A DNA stretch of 63,522 nt, counting the filler, from Folioceros fuciformis (taxonomy: Eukaryota): the NCBI GenBank assembly GCA_049999805.1. It is 6 parts of 6 records of this genome, joined end to end, with 100 filler letters (N's around TTAATTAATTAA, not from the genome) between each part and the next. Parts side by side here need not be neighbours in the genome. Positions count along the whole stretch, not along the records: positions 45,076 to 53,255 come from JBNGIO010005156.1; positions 53,356 to 60,210 come from JBNGIO010005159.1; positions 60,311 to 63,522 come from JBNGIO010005167.1; 3 more parts are not named here. One strand, 5' to 3'. This document shows, in pieces, positions 49,222 through 60,952 of the stretch (positions are counted from its first letter, which is position 1; every line of letters starts with the position of its first letter). The translations under genes and the position numbers were made by a program. The notes below the pieces were generated by a model. It was not told where the DNA came from, ran no database searches, and worked only from the letters and a program-made list of their open reading frames with translations.

Positions 49222-52200
49222 TGTAATTTACGCAGAGAGCTAGTGTGTTTGCCTCAACTATGTTTTTCTCTACATTAAAAATAAAAGTACAAAATATCAC
49301 TTCAAGTGTTTATTGTCATGCACCTCTTCAACTATGCAACCCTTCACATATTTAGCCCTAATATGAATAACCAGCAAGTAAGCGAGTAACCCTAACGATA
49401 TACCCTGTATGTAAGGGCCTTAACTCGTCACACTCCCTCTCGAGTGCAACGAGCTACACGCTAAGTCCTTGTAGTGGCCACGAGATCCCGCTACCAGCAT
49501 CGCCACCCACCGCCATCGAGTGCTTACCGTCGATAACTATGGAGTCTTAGCTGCTACCAGCCACAATCGCTGCATTCGAACTTGTGCTCTTCCATGTGAT
49601 CCAATTACTAACCAGATTTATCACTATGAAGACCAGGAGCGGAAAGACGTACGCGCGCAGCGAACGGGACCTTAGGAAGCGTACACCAAAGATGGAGCCG
49701 TGCCAGCAAGTTGCCACACTCGGTCCACTAGCTGGCGACAAAGACTGGGAGGAACGGATCAATGTCGGGCAGGCCATCACCATAGGTCGATTCAGGATGA
49801 ACATCAACCTGACAGTGGATTGGGGAGGGCCGATGCCAACAATTGCTTCTGATCCCCAGCTACTGGAGGAGATGGAGAACAGGGAGGGGTTGCTGGACCT
49901 GCTACGGGACACCGCTAAAATTGACCAAATCTTTGAGGGAAGGCTGTGAGAGAAGCTGAGCATGTGTTGGTCGGCAGCCAGGTGACTAAGTATGCAATTG
50001 GCTTCATCCACCTGCTGCTAACCTGCTTGAGCTGCTTGGTATTCTGTTGTGGCACTCACACGCACACTGCTGTTGTCCAGGTATTCAGCTACTGGGGGAG
50101 CAAGGGTAGGTGATTAGCTGTCAGGGTGTCTCCACAAGGTAAACTTATGGAAGATGCTCCTAACTCGGAAGTTGGCACCTACCAGCCCAACCCAACCCAC
50201 CAAATAAGTGAACTATTACTGTTCCATGTGTGCTATGAAGTCACAAATCCCCAAGCCCTCCATGTGCTGATAATGTTTGTGCTTTGGCAGGGCCTTCGTC
50301 AGGATGTCAGCAGTGTTGTCATCATTTCCCACAAAACCCACTTTTGTCACACCTCTGCCCACAGCATCACGGATGTAGTGGTGTTGTACCTCTATATGTT
50401 TGGTTCTGGCGTGAAAACGTGGGTTAGCTACCAAGGCCAGGGCAGACATATTGTCGCACAAAATCAAGGTTGGTTCCTCTTGCTTCTGCCCTAGGTCATG
50501 TAGAAATCTCCTTCCCCATTCTGCTTCCTTCGTGGCTTCTGTAAGCAACTTATACTCTGCCTCAGTGGAGGAGAGTGATATAGATGTTTGCTTTTTGCTG
50601 CTCCAGTTGACAGCCGTAGAGGCTAACAAGAAACAGTACGTGGACAGGCTTTTGCGGGAGTCTAAGTCTGATGCCCAATCAGCGTCCGTAAACCCTGACA
50701 AGATAAGTCTATCCTACCTACTGCTTTTGTATACCAGCCCATGATACATGGTGCCCTTGAGGTATCTGAATATCCGTTTTACTACAATCCAGTGTGCCTT
50801 CCCTGGATTTTCCAGGAATTGGGAGACTCTGCTTACAGCGTATTGTACATCAGGTCTCGTCCAATTTGCCACGAAGATAAGGCTTCCCACAGTGTGCTTG
50901 TAAGGAACTCTTACCATATCTTGTTTCTCCTGGGCAGTCTGAGGGCACATCAGGGTTGTGAGCTTGACTCCTACTGCTGCTGGTGTTGTAGCAGGTCGGC
51001 ATTCCTCTAACTTGAACCTTCGTAGTATCTCGTTAATGTATTTGAGCTGGTGTATGACCATAAGCTTCTCAGTTCTATTACGAATGATCTGGATCCCTAA
51101 GCAGAATCTGAGGGCTCCTATGTCCTTCATTTCGAACTTTTTGCTTAGCAAGCCTTTCACTTCTAACAACAATGGCTGGCTGTTGGTGGCTAGAATCACG
51201 TCGTCTACATATAGTGCTAGGACCACGTACTCTGCCCCTTTGGTAAGCCGATACACGTTTGTGTCAGCCGTGCTCTGCACAAAGTTGATGCTAAGAAGGT
51301 AGATGTGAATCGTAATGTACCACACCCTACCAGACTGTTTTAAACCATATATACATTTCATGAGTTCTAACACCTTGTGTGGGTGCTTCTGATCCACGTA
51401 TGCCTTAGGTTGCTGCATATACAGATCCTCGTCCAAGTCTCCATACAAGAAGGCCGTGCACACGTCCATGTGCTGGAGGTCTAAGTGGTACTCTGTGGCA
51501 AGTGCAAGGATCATCCGGATGGACTGAGCCCTCACAACAGGTGAGAAAGTTTCCTGATAGTCGAGTCCCTCGACTTGTGTGAAACCTCTCGCCACAAGTC
51601 TGGCTTTGAATCCGGCAACCTCACCCTTGGCATTCAGCTTTAATTTAAATACCCACTTACTTGAGATGGGCTTCCTACCATGTGGCAGGTCAACTAGAGT
51701 CCAGGTTTTGTTTTTGATCAACGACTGATATTCGTCTTCAACTGCCACACGCCATTGTGCAGCTTCTGGACCATTGAACGCCTGTGATAAGGTCTTGGGC
51801 TCATCTGGTAAAAGGACTGTTGCTGTTGAAGTGGAGTGCCTGAAATCAATGGATTGATATGGTGGTTCTATCCACTTTGACCTGGCTGGTTTCATTCGTG
51901 TGGAGCGTCGAGGCTCCTATACAGGCAGCTCATCAACATCTGGAACGTGCTCCTCATGTGTAGGAGGATCCTAGGAGGCATTTTCATCAAACAGATCTTC
52001 ATGCTGGTAATCAACGTGATCAAAACCGAATTGTTCATGTTCTGAAAAAACATCCTGCTCCACAGAATCCTGTACTAACACATCAGGTCGTTCTGGTACA
52101 GGTAGAACATGGTCAGGTGCTGGTAGAGCATCATCAACAGGGCCAGCGTCATCTTGGGGATAGTCCACAGGAGGGTCAAGTGCTGGATCTGACTCATCCA

Positions 52201-53255
52201 GATCTGCTGAGTCTTCTACCTCCTCTGAAGCTACAGTCACTCCATCTGGAGCTGGAGTTACTCCCTCTGAAGGTAGTGGCTCACCCATAGGTGCATGTGG
52301 TTCCAAGAAGGTGACACTCCTTGCCAGAACAATGGTATGTCTATGCTTGTCATAAAGTTTGTAAGCTTTGACATTCTCGCTGTATCCTACGAAAATAAGA
52401 CCTTGTGCCCGATTGTCTAACTTCCTCCTCTTTTCGGCAGGGATATAGGCGAAAGCCCGAGAGCCGAAGACTCGGAGATGAAGAATGTTGGGCTTACATT
52501 TCCAGAGTACCTCATAGGGGGTCTGCCCTTTGACAAAACTTGTAAACATCCTGTTCAGTATATAGGTGGCAGCCACCACTGCCTCTGCCCAGTATCCTTG
52601 TGGGAGTCCTGCCCAAAGTAACATGCTGCGAGTCATGCCGAGTAAGGTTTGATTTTTACATTCGGCAACTCCATTATGTTGTGGTGTGTAGGGAATTGTC
52701 AGCTGACGCTGAATCCCATACTCCTGCAGGAAGGCATCAAACTGTGCATTGATGAATTCAGTGCCATTGTCAGTTCGAAGCCATTTAACAACTTGTCCAG
52801 TGTGTCGCTGCACCACAGGAAGCCAGTCTCTGAACAGCTGGAAAGTATCACTTTTTAGCTGCATGGGGAAGGTCCACGAGTATCGACTATAATCGTCAGT
52901 AAGGGTAAGGTAATACCGAGAACCTCCAAGTGATGGCTCGTGAATTTTCCCAGATATGTCAGCATGTATGAGTTCTAACACATGACTGGCCCTATGTGCA
53001 AGTGTGCTTGAGAATGGCTGTTCCTTCTGCTTAGCAAGTATACAGGCTTTACAAATCGGAAGGTCCTTGAAGCATCTAGGGAAGGGTTCTCGATAACAGT
53101 CCTTTCCAGCCATGTCAATGAGCTTTGCCCTTTTGGCATGACCAAGCCTGGCATGCCAAAGAGAAGCTAACACTTGTGAATCTAGCTAACCTGTGCCTGT
53201 TGACAGACCTGCAGGTTGAGACCTACAGTGAATGTCCAAACGGTACAGATCACAG
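49222..53255 (-). mobile_element. Copia element E (INT, RT, RNase H, long 3' region, 3' LTR 49222-49432); 5' part lies in the gap
   Basis: ORFs 51971-53173 (INT), 50714-51895 (RT, YVDD), 50216-50701 (RNase H); PPT GAGAGGGAG followed by TGTGAC...ATTACA. Confidence 0.92.
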
Positions 53256-53355
53256 NNNNNNNNNNNNNNNNNNNNNNNNNNNNNNNNNNNNNNNNNNNNT
53301 TAATTAATTAANNNNNNNNNNNNNNNNNNNNNNNNNNNNNNNNNNNNNNNNNNNN

Positions 53356-53420
53356 ACCATACCACTATTAACCCTTTTTCAACCAAAACAAACTACTACC
53401 CCTAACTTTGGAGGTTCACA
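53356..53420 (-). mobile_element. Terminus of repeat family Y, inserted in the RNase H of element F
   Basis: Reverse complement of 59997-60062 (TGTGAACCTC..GGTTAATAGTGGTATGGT). Confidence 0.75.
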
Positions 53421-54755
53421 GCTACTTCTTATGGCTCCAACAGATAGGACCACCAGCAAAGCTCACCACATATCCTAACACAGACCTCCTAGAGTCCAAA
53501 TCCCCAGCATAATCTGAGTCTGTAAAAACCTCTAGGTCAAGAGCTTCACTGCTATGCTGGTATTTGAGTCCAACATCGAATGTTCCTGTCAAGTATCTGA
53601 AGACTCGTTTAAGACATTGCCAATGCCCCTGTCCGGGGTTTTCTAAATACTGTGACAAGGAGCTTGTGGCAAAAGCAATGTCAGGTCTGGTGGTATTAGA
53701 GGCATATATAAGTTTTCCTACTCCTGTTCTTTAAGGTATGTTCGCCATAACCTCCCGTTCATGCTGAGTCTCAGGGCTCATCTCACAACTGAGTTTGAGA
53801 CCACTAGGAAGAGGGGTTGAAGCTGGTTTGGCGTCCTTAAGACCCATCTGTTCAGCACTATTAAGCACATACCTAGGTTGAGTCAAGGTAATTACTCTCC
53901 TATCCCTATTCCTTTGGATATGAACACCCAAACAGCTTTGTAGAGGACCCAGATTGGTCATCTCGAACTTGCTTGCTAACAGTCTGTTCAACTCAGTAAT
54001 ATAAGTAGGGCTATTGCAGGCCATTATCAAGTCATCTACATAGACAGCTAGGTAACAGACTGTATTGTCCTTTCTGTAGACGTAAAGGCTTCCGTTTGCC
54101 TTGCACTTTACAAAACCTAAGGCCAGAAGCTCTTCATCCAGAGCTTCGTTCCACTTCAGCGCTGATTGTTTAAGGCCGTACAGGGTCTTTATAAGTCGTA
54201 GAACGTAGTCCTCCTTGCCTTGTACCTCATATCCAGGAGGCTGCTACATGTAAATTTCTGTGTCAAGTTTTCCATGTAAGAAGGCTATCTTGACATCAAA
54301 CATTTGCAGCTCGTAGTCCTTGTGTGCTGCAACTGCACATAAAGTACGAAAGGTAGCCATCTTCACAACAGGTGCATATGTCTCAAAGTAGTCAAGCCCT
54401 GGTACTTGTGTGAAGCCTTGAGCAACAAGCCGAGCTTTATATCTGTCAAAGGTTCCATCGGCTTTGACCTTGAGCTTGAATACCCATTTGCAGGATACCA
54501 TCTTTCGGCGTAGAGGTAATTTAGCCAATTCCCAAGTCCCATTTTTGATGAGTGAGTCATACTCAGATTGAATTGCGTTTTTCCATTCTGCAGAATTAGG
54601 CCTCCTGAGTGCTTCCTCGTATGACTGTGGCTCGATGGGATCCAGCAATGTGGCATGTGCTTCAGCTGGCCTGAAATCATGGGATTGGTAGAAGTCTGGA
54701 GGTCGTCGAATACGTTGAGGATAACGACGTTCAGGCTGTGCAACTAGTTCTGGCT

Positions 54756-54949
54756 TGTGAACTTTCCTAATGTGTAGAAAGAGCGGAAGCATGAATTAGA
54801 AAAGATTAAGAAGTACATGGATTAGGGGTCCTTTTATAGAGGACTCGAGCACCCCTTTGTAGGGGTGCGATTGTTTGCTTAACGAGCCAGGGTTAGCCTA
54901 ACTCGCTTAACTGTTGGCTAGGGTTACGTAGCTCTTACTAGTCTTAACA
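54756..54949 (-). mobile_element. Solo LTR (194 bp) nested in element F
   Basis: TG..CA ends; perfect TSD TGGCT at 54751-54755 and 54950-54954. Confidence 0.93.
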
Positions 54950-57733
54950 TGGCTGCTCACGCTGAGGGTCCAGATCATCAAGATTGACTTGTTCAGCATC
55001 TTCAGAAACAGCCTCAGCTCCTACCTCGTCTTCCTCTTGTTCTGAAACAGGGTCAAGAGGTAAGAGATCATGAGGAGGTGGCTCCTATATAGGATCAGCA
55101 ATATTTTCCAAGATTTCCTGGTCTGGGACAGGCTCAAGTTCGGGTGCTAGCTGAAGCTGATCCTCTTGATCCCCACCTGCAGGAGCAACATCCTTAGGAA
55201 GATCCTCAACGTGAGAAACATCCAGATCAAGACGTTCCCAACTGTCAGGAGCAGCATCATCAGCAGGAGAAGCATCATCAGCAACTCCCATTGGCCAGAA
55301 ACACTTTTCGTCAAAGGTAACACTCCTGGAGTATGTAACCTGATTTGTGGATACATCATACAGCTTGTATGCCTTAATCCCCTCTGTGTACCCTAACATC
55401 AGCAACTTCTGTGCCTTGTTAAACAGCTTCTTGCGTTTTTCACGAGGAATAAAGGCGTAAGCAACACATCCGAAAGTCCTGAGATGTTGAATCTTTGGCT
55501 TGATGTTGAATGCCCATAGAAGGCTTCGTAGGGAGTCATCCCTGAAACAATAGTGGTTGGAAGTTTGTTTCTCAAATAAATAGCTTTGATGAGGGCTTCT
55601 GCCCAGTAAGGCAGAGGAAGGTGAGCATTATTCAGCAAAGAAGAGGTAGTCTCTTGCAAAGTGAGGTTCATATGCTCAGCCACTCCGTTCTGTTGGGGTG
55701 TATAAACCACTGTTAACTGTCGCCCAATGCCCTCATTGGTACAGAAAGCTTGAAACTCATGTGAGGTAAACTCCCCACCGTTATCTGAACGCAGGGTTTT
55801 AAGCTGCTTCCCTGTCTAGCGTTCTGCAAACTTGAGATAAGCTTTAAAATGTGTGAAACACTCACTTTTGGCTTTGAGTATGTAGGCAGTGACAAAACGA
55901 GTCTTGTCATCAGTAAAAGTGAGAAAGTATCTCCCACCACCCAATGAGGGCTTGGACAAGGGGCCACACAAGTCTGTATGCACAAGTTCCAAGACTTCAG
56001 AGGCCCTGTGTGGAGCCTTGTTTCGAAAGGCTGCTTGATGGCATTTAGCAAGGACACTGGGTTTGCATAAAGGTAAGGGAACTAACTTCCCAATTGGACC
56101 ATCAGCATATAGGTCACTGAAAGCTAGTTGCTGTAATTTACTACTGTGTGGGTGACCTAATCGAGCATGCCACAACTTAGATTTTCTATGTGTTGTGCAG
56201 AGGTTAGGGAGTCCTCATGTGTGAGATGGGACTGAACTGGACCACTCTTGGTGTGCAGACAAAACAGGTCATGTTCTGAGGACCCGTAAGCTAGAACTTT
56301 GCTGGGATTGAAAGCGTCTATCACCTTACTCTGTGTTGGTAAACAAAATGTGACTGTTGTTGTCTATGTTTAGACGTCTAACAGAGATAAGGTTGTGTGT
56401 CATCTCAGGTACATAGTATACATCTATGAGTGACAGCATGACTCCTGATGGTACAGGAAGCTCAACAGTCCCTCTACCAGGAGAGACAAGTGACCTATTG
56501 TCACCAAGGTAAACATATTGATCCTTGACTGATCTATATGTTGTAAAAGCATTTCTATTGAAGCACATGTGAGCAGTGGCCCCAGTATCAAGGTACCACT
56601 CTGTATACTGACCAACAGTTGGTTTTGCTGACAGACATGTGGGTGAAGAGATGGGATTGATATACTCCTTTGTCCCAACCACAAGCGCTGATGGCGATGG
56701 TTGCTTCTTGACCACAACGTTGGTCTCTGCACTTCCCTCCTTTCGAGGTGGGCTAGCTTGCTTTTTCCTGCAATCCCGTTCCCAGTGACCAGGGATTTTG
56801 CACTAGTTGCAAGTCCCTAACTTCTTATTTTTCTTATTTGCAAATTGTGTTGGGTGGCCTCCTTGCGAGCTGCCACCTCGGGACGAACCAGATCCACCGC
56901 CTCTGGAGTATGGTCTTGCACCACCTCGCCCACGGTTAGATGTAAACAGCGCTTGCTGCCTGCCAGCACGCCTGCCTGATACTCCTTTGGTCGCCTCCTC
57001 TTCCAGGAGGGACCCAACAAGTTCTGCAAATGTTAATTTCTGGTACTTTAAGACCAGCTGATCTGGCCAGCTTAGCCACTTGCATCTGGGATGCATGAAT
57101 GGATGTCACAAAATGTGACCAGGATGGAGGTAATGAAAGCAACAGATAGAGTGTTAACATTTCATCCTTGATTGTCTCCCCAGTAGCTTGTTCTAGCTTG
57201 GACACTAGGGTTCTAAAGGTCATAATATGTCTCTCGACAGATTCTCCTTCACGCATCTTACATTGCTGAAGGTTGTTAAGGGCTGACAATTGATTGGCCG
57301 AATTCTTTCCTGCATACAGCTCTTCCAGGCGATCCCAGATCTCTACAGCAGTCTCGCAGCCAGATGTTTGACGCATCATGTCGGCTATGAGGCCAATTCT
57401 AATAAGGTACACGGCAGCATCATTCCTTTGCTCACGAGCCTCCTTTTGTGGAACTGTTTCTCCTTCTACTGCTAGATATGACCCTTCTGTTGTCTTCCAC
57501 AGTTTTCTGCTCTGGAGTGCGCCTTTCATGCGCATGACCCAAATATCGTATTGGCGTCCATCAAATCTGTCTTTTTCCTTAAAGCCTTCCCCGCCCCCAG
57601 CTACTGATGAGGAGGCTGTATCTCCCATTGTTGGGGTCTACGGGGATAATGAAGCTAAGAAATGAAGCTACTGGCTAGTACACAGAGACAAAACTACAAG
57701 AGTGCAGCTAGCATGTTGACAGGTCTGATCACC

Positions 57734-58339
57734 TCATGCAAACTGGCTACGTGTTGTGCTTCTTTCTCTGTTATTTGCTGTTTTCTCAAAGTGAACAGCA
57801 AATGTGCGGAACTCTGGATTTCTCAAAAGCTCTGGCTTCAGGAGGACATGCAACTTGTAGTCCAAGTGATGGAACTGCTCCCTCAAGTTATGTAAGTCCA
57901 CACTCACGCTGGCCACGCTTTTGATGAGGTTCACAAATCTTTTGTCTACAAACAAGGCATGTGATTCCACCCTAGAAATGATCTGTGTAATTGTGGCCTG
58001 TGGTGCAGGCTGTGTAGTGAGAAAACCGTTAGGGTTCCCGTAGGTGTTTAGAGCAATTCTGGGGTGCAAGTTCTGATGATCAGCACCTATGGCCAGCTCT
58101 TGAGGAACAACACTTAGGTTTTGGTAATTAAGATAGAGAGTTGAAACCAGCAAATCATAGGCCTCGAGTAGGCGATTGCTGTACGCAGGTCTGTCCTGGT
58201 TTCTGTGAATCCAATCTTGTGTGTGTTGGTGAATTCGTTTTGCTACATTCCTGTCGTTGAGCTGTCCTCTTGCTGAACGATTCCGCTGAACGTGCTCAGC
58301 AGGCCGAGGTTGCCAAATATGGCCCTCGTTGTAAGCCAT
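57734..58339 (-). CDS. Accessory ORF upstream of gag in element F (201 aa, intact)
   Basis: ATG-to-TGA open frame between PBS and gag; heptad-like C-terminal half (VSVDLHNLREQFHHLDYKL). Confidence 0.6.
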   Translation of the reverse strand: MAYNEGHIWQPRPAEHVQRNRSARGQLNDRNVAKRIHQHTQDWIHRNQDRPAYSNRLLEAYDLLVSTLYLNYQNLSVVPQELAIGADHQNLHPRIALNTYGNPNGFLTTQPAPQATITQIISRVESHALFVDKRFVNLIKSVASVSVDLHNLREQFHHLDYKLHVLLKPELLRNPEFRTFAVHFEKTANNRERSTTRSQFA

Positions 58340-59080
58340 TTGTGATGGCTGAGACTCTGATTGCGAGGATGCGCCTGAAGAGCATCCTGATTTTTTTTTA
58401 TTTTTATTATTATTTTTTATAAATGCCTTCTAAATGCAGATTGCAGCATCTGACAGGTGTCCTAGCGAACCTAGCCCAGAATTGCTGGAATAGCAATCTG
58501 GCATAGATGCGCTAGAATGCTCTCCAGATCTGCAAAATGCAATCATAAGACAGGCAAATTAAATTATAAAGAAACACAATCAGAGTTTTAAATTTTTTTT
58601 TTGATTTTTCTGGGCTATCTTTTAAAGAACATTTGTAAAAGGATAAGAACCAAAAACATATGTTTGTGCACAACCAAACGTGCACAATTTGATGCGCATT
58701 CTCTAGAATGCAATCCACGCTATAGGAGGCTCTGATACATGACACGGTATGGTAATAACGCAGATTAATTAATTATAATAACATCGTGTTAATCAACAAA
58801 GAAGTGAGTTTCTTATGCAGAAAAGCAAACTAAAACTAAAAACTTGAATAGTCGTGTCCTTTTGTCTAAGGGACGTAACCCTAGCCAACAGTTATATTGA
58901 CTTAAGTATATTTAACCTATGGCCTTAACATGCTGATAACATCTATTAAATAACACTTATTTCTTCGGTAGTGGCGGTCTTTCCGCCATAAAGTCTGTTA
59001 GGGGTCAGTTAGCACTCTTAAATTTTGAGCGGCTTGGATCCAAGCAAAGACAATCTAAAACAAGCTAGTCTAGACTGTAA

Positions 59081-59996
59081 TTACTGTCGCCTCCCTCTTT
59101 GCCGCTGGTGCCTTCCTCTTGGTCGTCGCCCTCCTCCCCTTACTAGTCCGCCTCTCGCTCTCCTACCCTGCCGCTGGTCAGGCAGGTCCTCCCACAGGAC
59201 CTCCACCTCACTGCTGCTACTGCTAGCCCTCGCTGGCGGCGGCGCAGGTGGGTCCCGTTGCAGGAAATCCCTCTTCTCCCTCCGTCGCCGATTTCTAAGG
59301 ATGAGGACAGGCTCCCGTTCAACCCACTGCTGCGCCTCCTCCTCCGTCAGTTCCTCCAGGACTGCCTCAGAATAGCAATGAGGCAGCCCCCTTACCCGCC
59401 AGCGGTAGAAGTAGATGCCCCTACGGCTCTTCAGCTGCAGGCCGTAGCCCCGCGTCCCTCCTGTGCCCATGTGTACATACAAAATAGCTTTAGAACTCGG
59501 GCTCCTTCCACATAGAGGCCTGGCACATAAGAGGCCTCCTCCTTATACTGCAGCATAACTGGACCCTCGGTCATAAAGGAGGTGCTTACCCCTTCCTCCC
59601 TTAGGCTACCTCGGGTTGCCTGTCCCCTACTCTCCTGGGGTACCTGAGAGTCCTCCATCCCTCCAACTTCTGCTGCTTCCCCCAGCTCAGTCTGCCTGGT
59701 GCGAGTTGCCCTCCTGGAACGCCTGGGCACAGGTGCCTCTGCCCTCATTTCTTTGGCTACCGGAGTCGTGGCTTCAGCTACCGATGTTGTCCCTCCTCCA
59801 CCAGTAGCCCCTTCAGCTACCTCGGGCGTCGCGAGACTACCGGTAGCCCCTCCGGCTACCGGTATGGCCATTCGTCTACTGGTAGTCCTATCGGCTACCG
59901 GCACTGTTGCTCGGCTACTGGTAGCCCCATCGGCTACCGGTTCTGGGATTCGACTACCGGTAGCCGGAGGGGCTACCGGTTGTGGAACTTGACTAC
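59081..59996 (-). other. Unidentified frameshifted low-complexity ORF with CTACCGG/GGTAGCC micro-repeats, probably TE accessory
   Basis: Overlapping ORFs 59431-59904 and 59081-59482; A/T/G-rich repeats followed by an R/G-rich tail. Confidence 0.3.
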
Positions 59997-60210
59997 TGTG
60001 AACCTCTAAAGTTTGGGGTAGTGGTTTGTTTTGGTTGAAAAAAGGGTTAATAGTGGTATGGTTTGGTTTTCTTTTTCAACTTATTTTCCCTAATTTTCCT
60101 TTATTTTCTGGTCATTTTTCCTATTTTTCTTTGTGCTAATTAGGTTAATTGACTAGGAAATAGTTGGTTTGGTTATAGGAGTGGGTATAGGTTTGGTCCC
60201 AGACCTGGGA
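59997..60210 (+). mobile_element. Terminus of repeat family Y (probable LTR start), running into a gap
   Basis: Starts TGTG; inverted copy at 53356-53420. Confidence 0.7.
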
Positions 60211-60310
60211 NNNNNNNNNNNNNNNNNNNNNNNNNNNNNNNNNNNNNNNNNNNNTTAATTAATTAANNNNNNNNNNNNNNNNNNNNNNNNNNNNNNNNNN
60301 NNNNNNNNNN

Positions 60311-60952
60311 AAGCACATCGAGATCCAACATCATTATGTTCGGGATGCTGCTGAGAGAGGCTTAGTAAAGATATAGTATGTGCCTACAGATCTTAATGTA
60401 GCTGATGTTCTGACTAAGTCACTTCCTAAGTTTAAACACTGTTTTCATAGGGAAGGACTTGGTCTTGTAGACTGTAGTGGTTATGTCACTCAAGAAATTT
60501 GAAGACATGGTAATGATATTCCTTCTAGCTCCATCAAGTGCAAGGACAATTGTAACTGGAATATTACTTCTGTTCTGGTCATGACTGGTGCGCTACTATA
60601 GAGGTTGTCGCCAGCGACAAACTTCTTGACAGTGTTAGCGACTGGAAGACTTGACAGCCGAGCTGAAGTAGATAGCTTTTGTTACAAACTTTCCAAGCAC
60701 TGATCTCTGATAGAGCTCTTATAACCTCAAGGTGACTGAGAGGGAGAGTTAGAAAGGGTAGCAGTTCACTAGAGTTATGTAACCCTAAGTCATGTTAGCT
60801 TAGCACACTATGTGTAAGGTTGTTTAGCTAGGCTAGTGAAAGGTCACACCCTTTAGGGTGATGCCTATAAAAGCACAACTATTGTACTTTTATATTAATT
60901 CTTAATCATATTCTTTGCTTGAAGACACGCTTCCGCATGTAGTCTTCCAACT
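60311..60952 (+). mobile_element. Copia element H 3' end: RNase H tail, PPT and 3' LTR (60747-60952) with AG..CT termini
   Basis: KHIEIQHHYVRD..ADVLTKSL; PPT GAGAGGGAG at 60738-60746; AGTTAGAA..TTCCAACT; CTATAAAAG TATA box. Confidence 0.75.

Larger units (their letters stand above)
53421..58930 (-). mobile_element. Copia element F (5' LTR 58740-58930, PBS, accessory ORF, gag, PR, INT, RT, partial RNase H)
   Basis: TGTTAAG..GTGTCA LTR; PBS T(G)GTATCAGAGCC at 58728-58739; gag from 57628; WYLDTGAT; VHTDLCGP; YKARLVAQGF; YVDD; TDSDYAGD. Confidence 0.92.

Noticed and set aside
31975-60310. Recurrent TTAATTAATTAA flanked by N-runs (31975-32074, 39452-39551, 44976-45075, 53256-53355, 60211-60310)
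   Set aside because: Identical 100-nt scaffolding spacers carrying stops in all six frames. They are artificial, and adjacency across them is not guaranteed.
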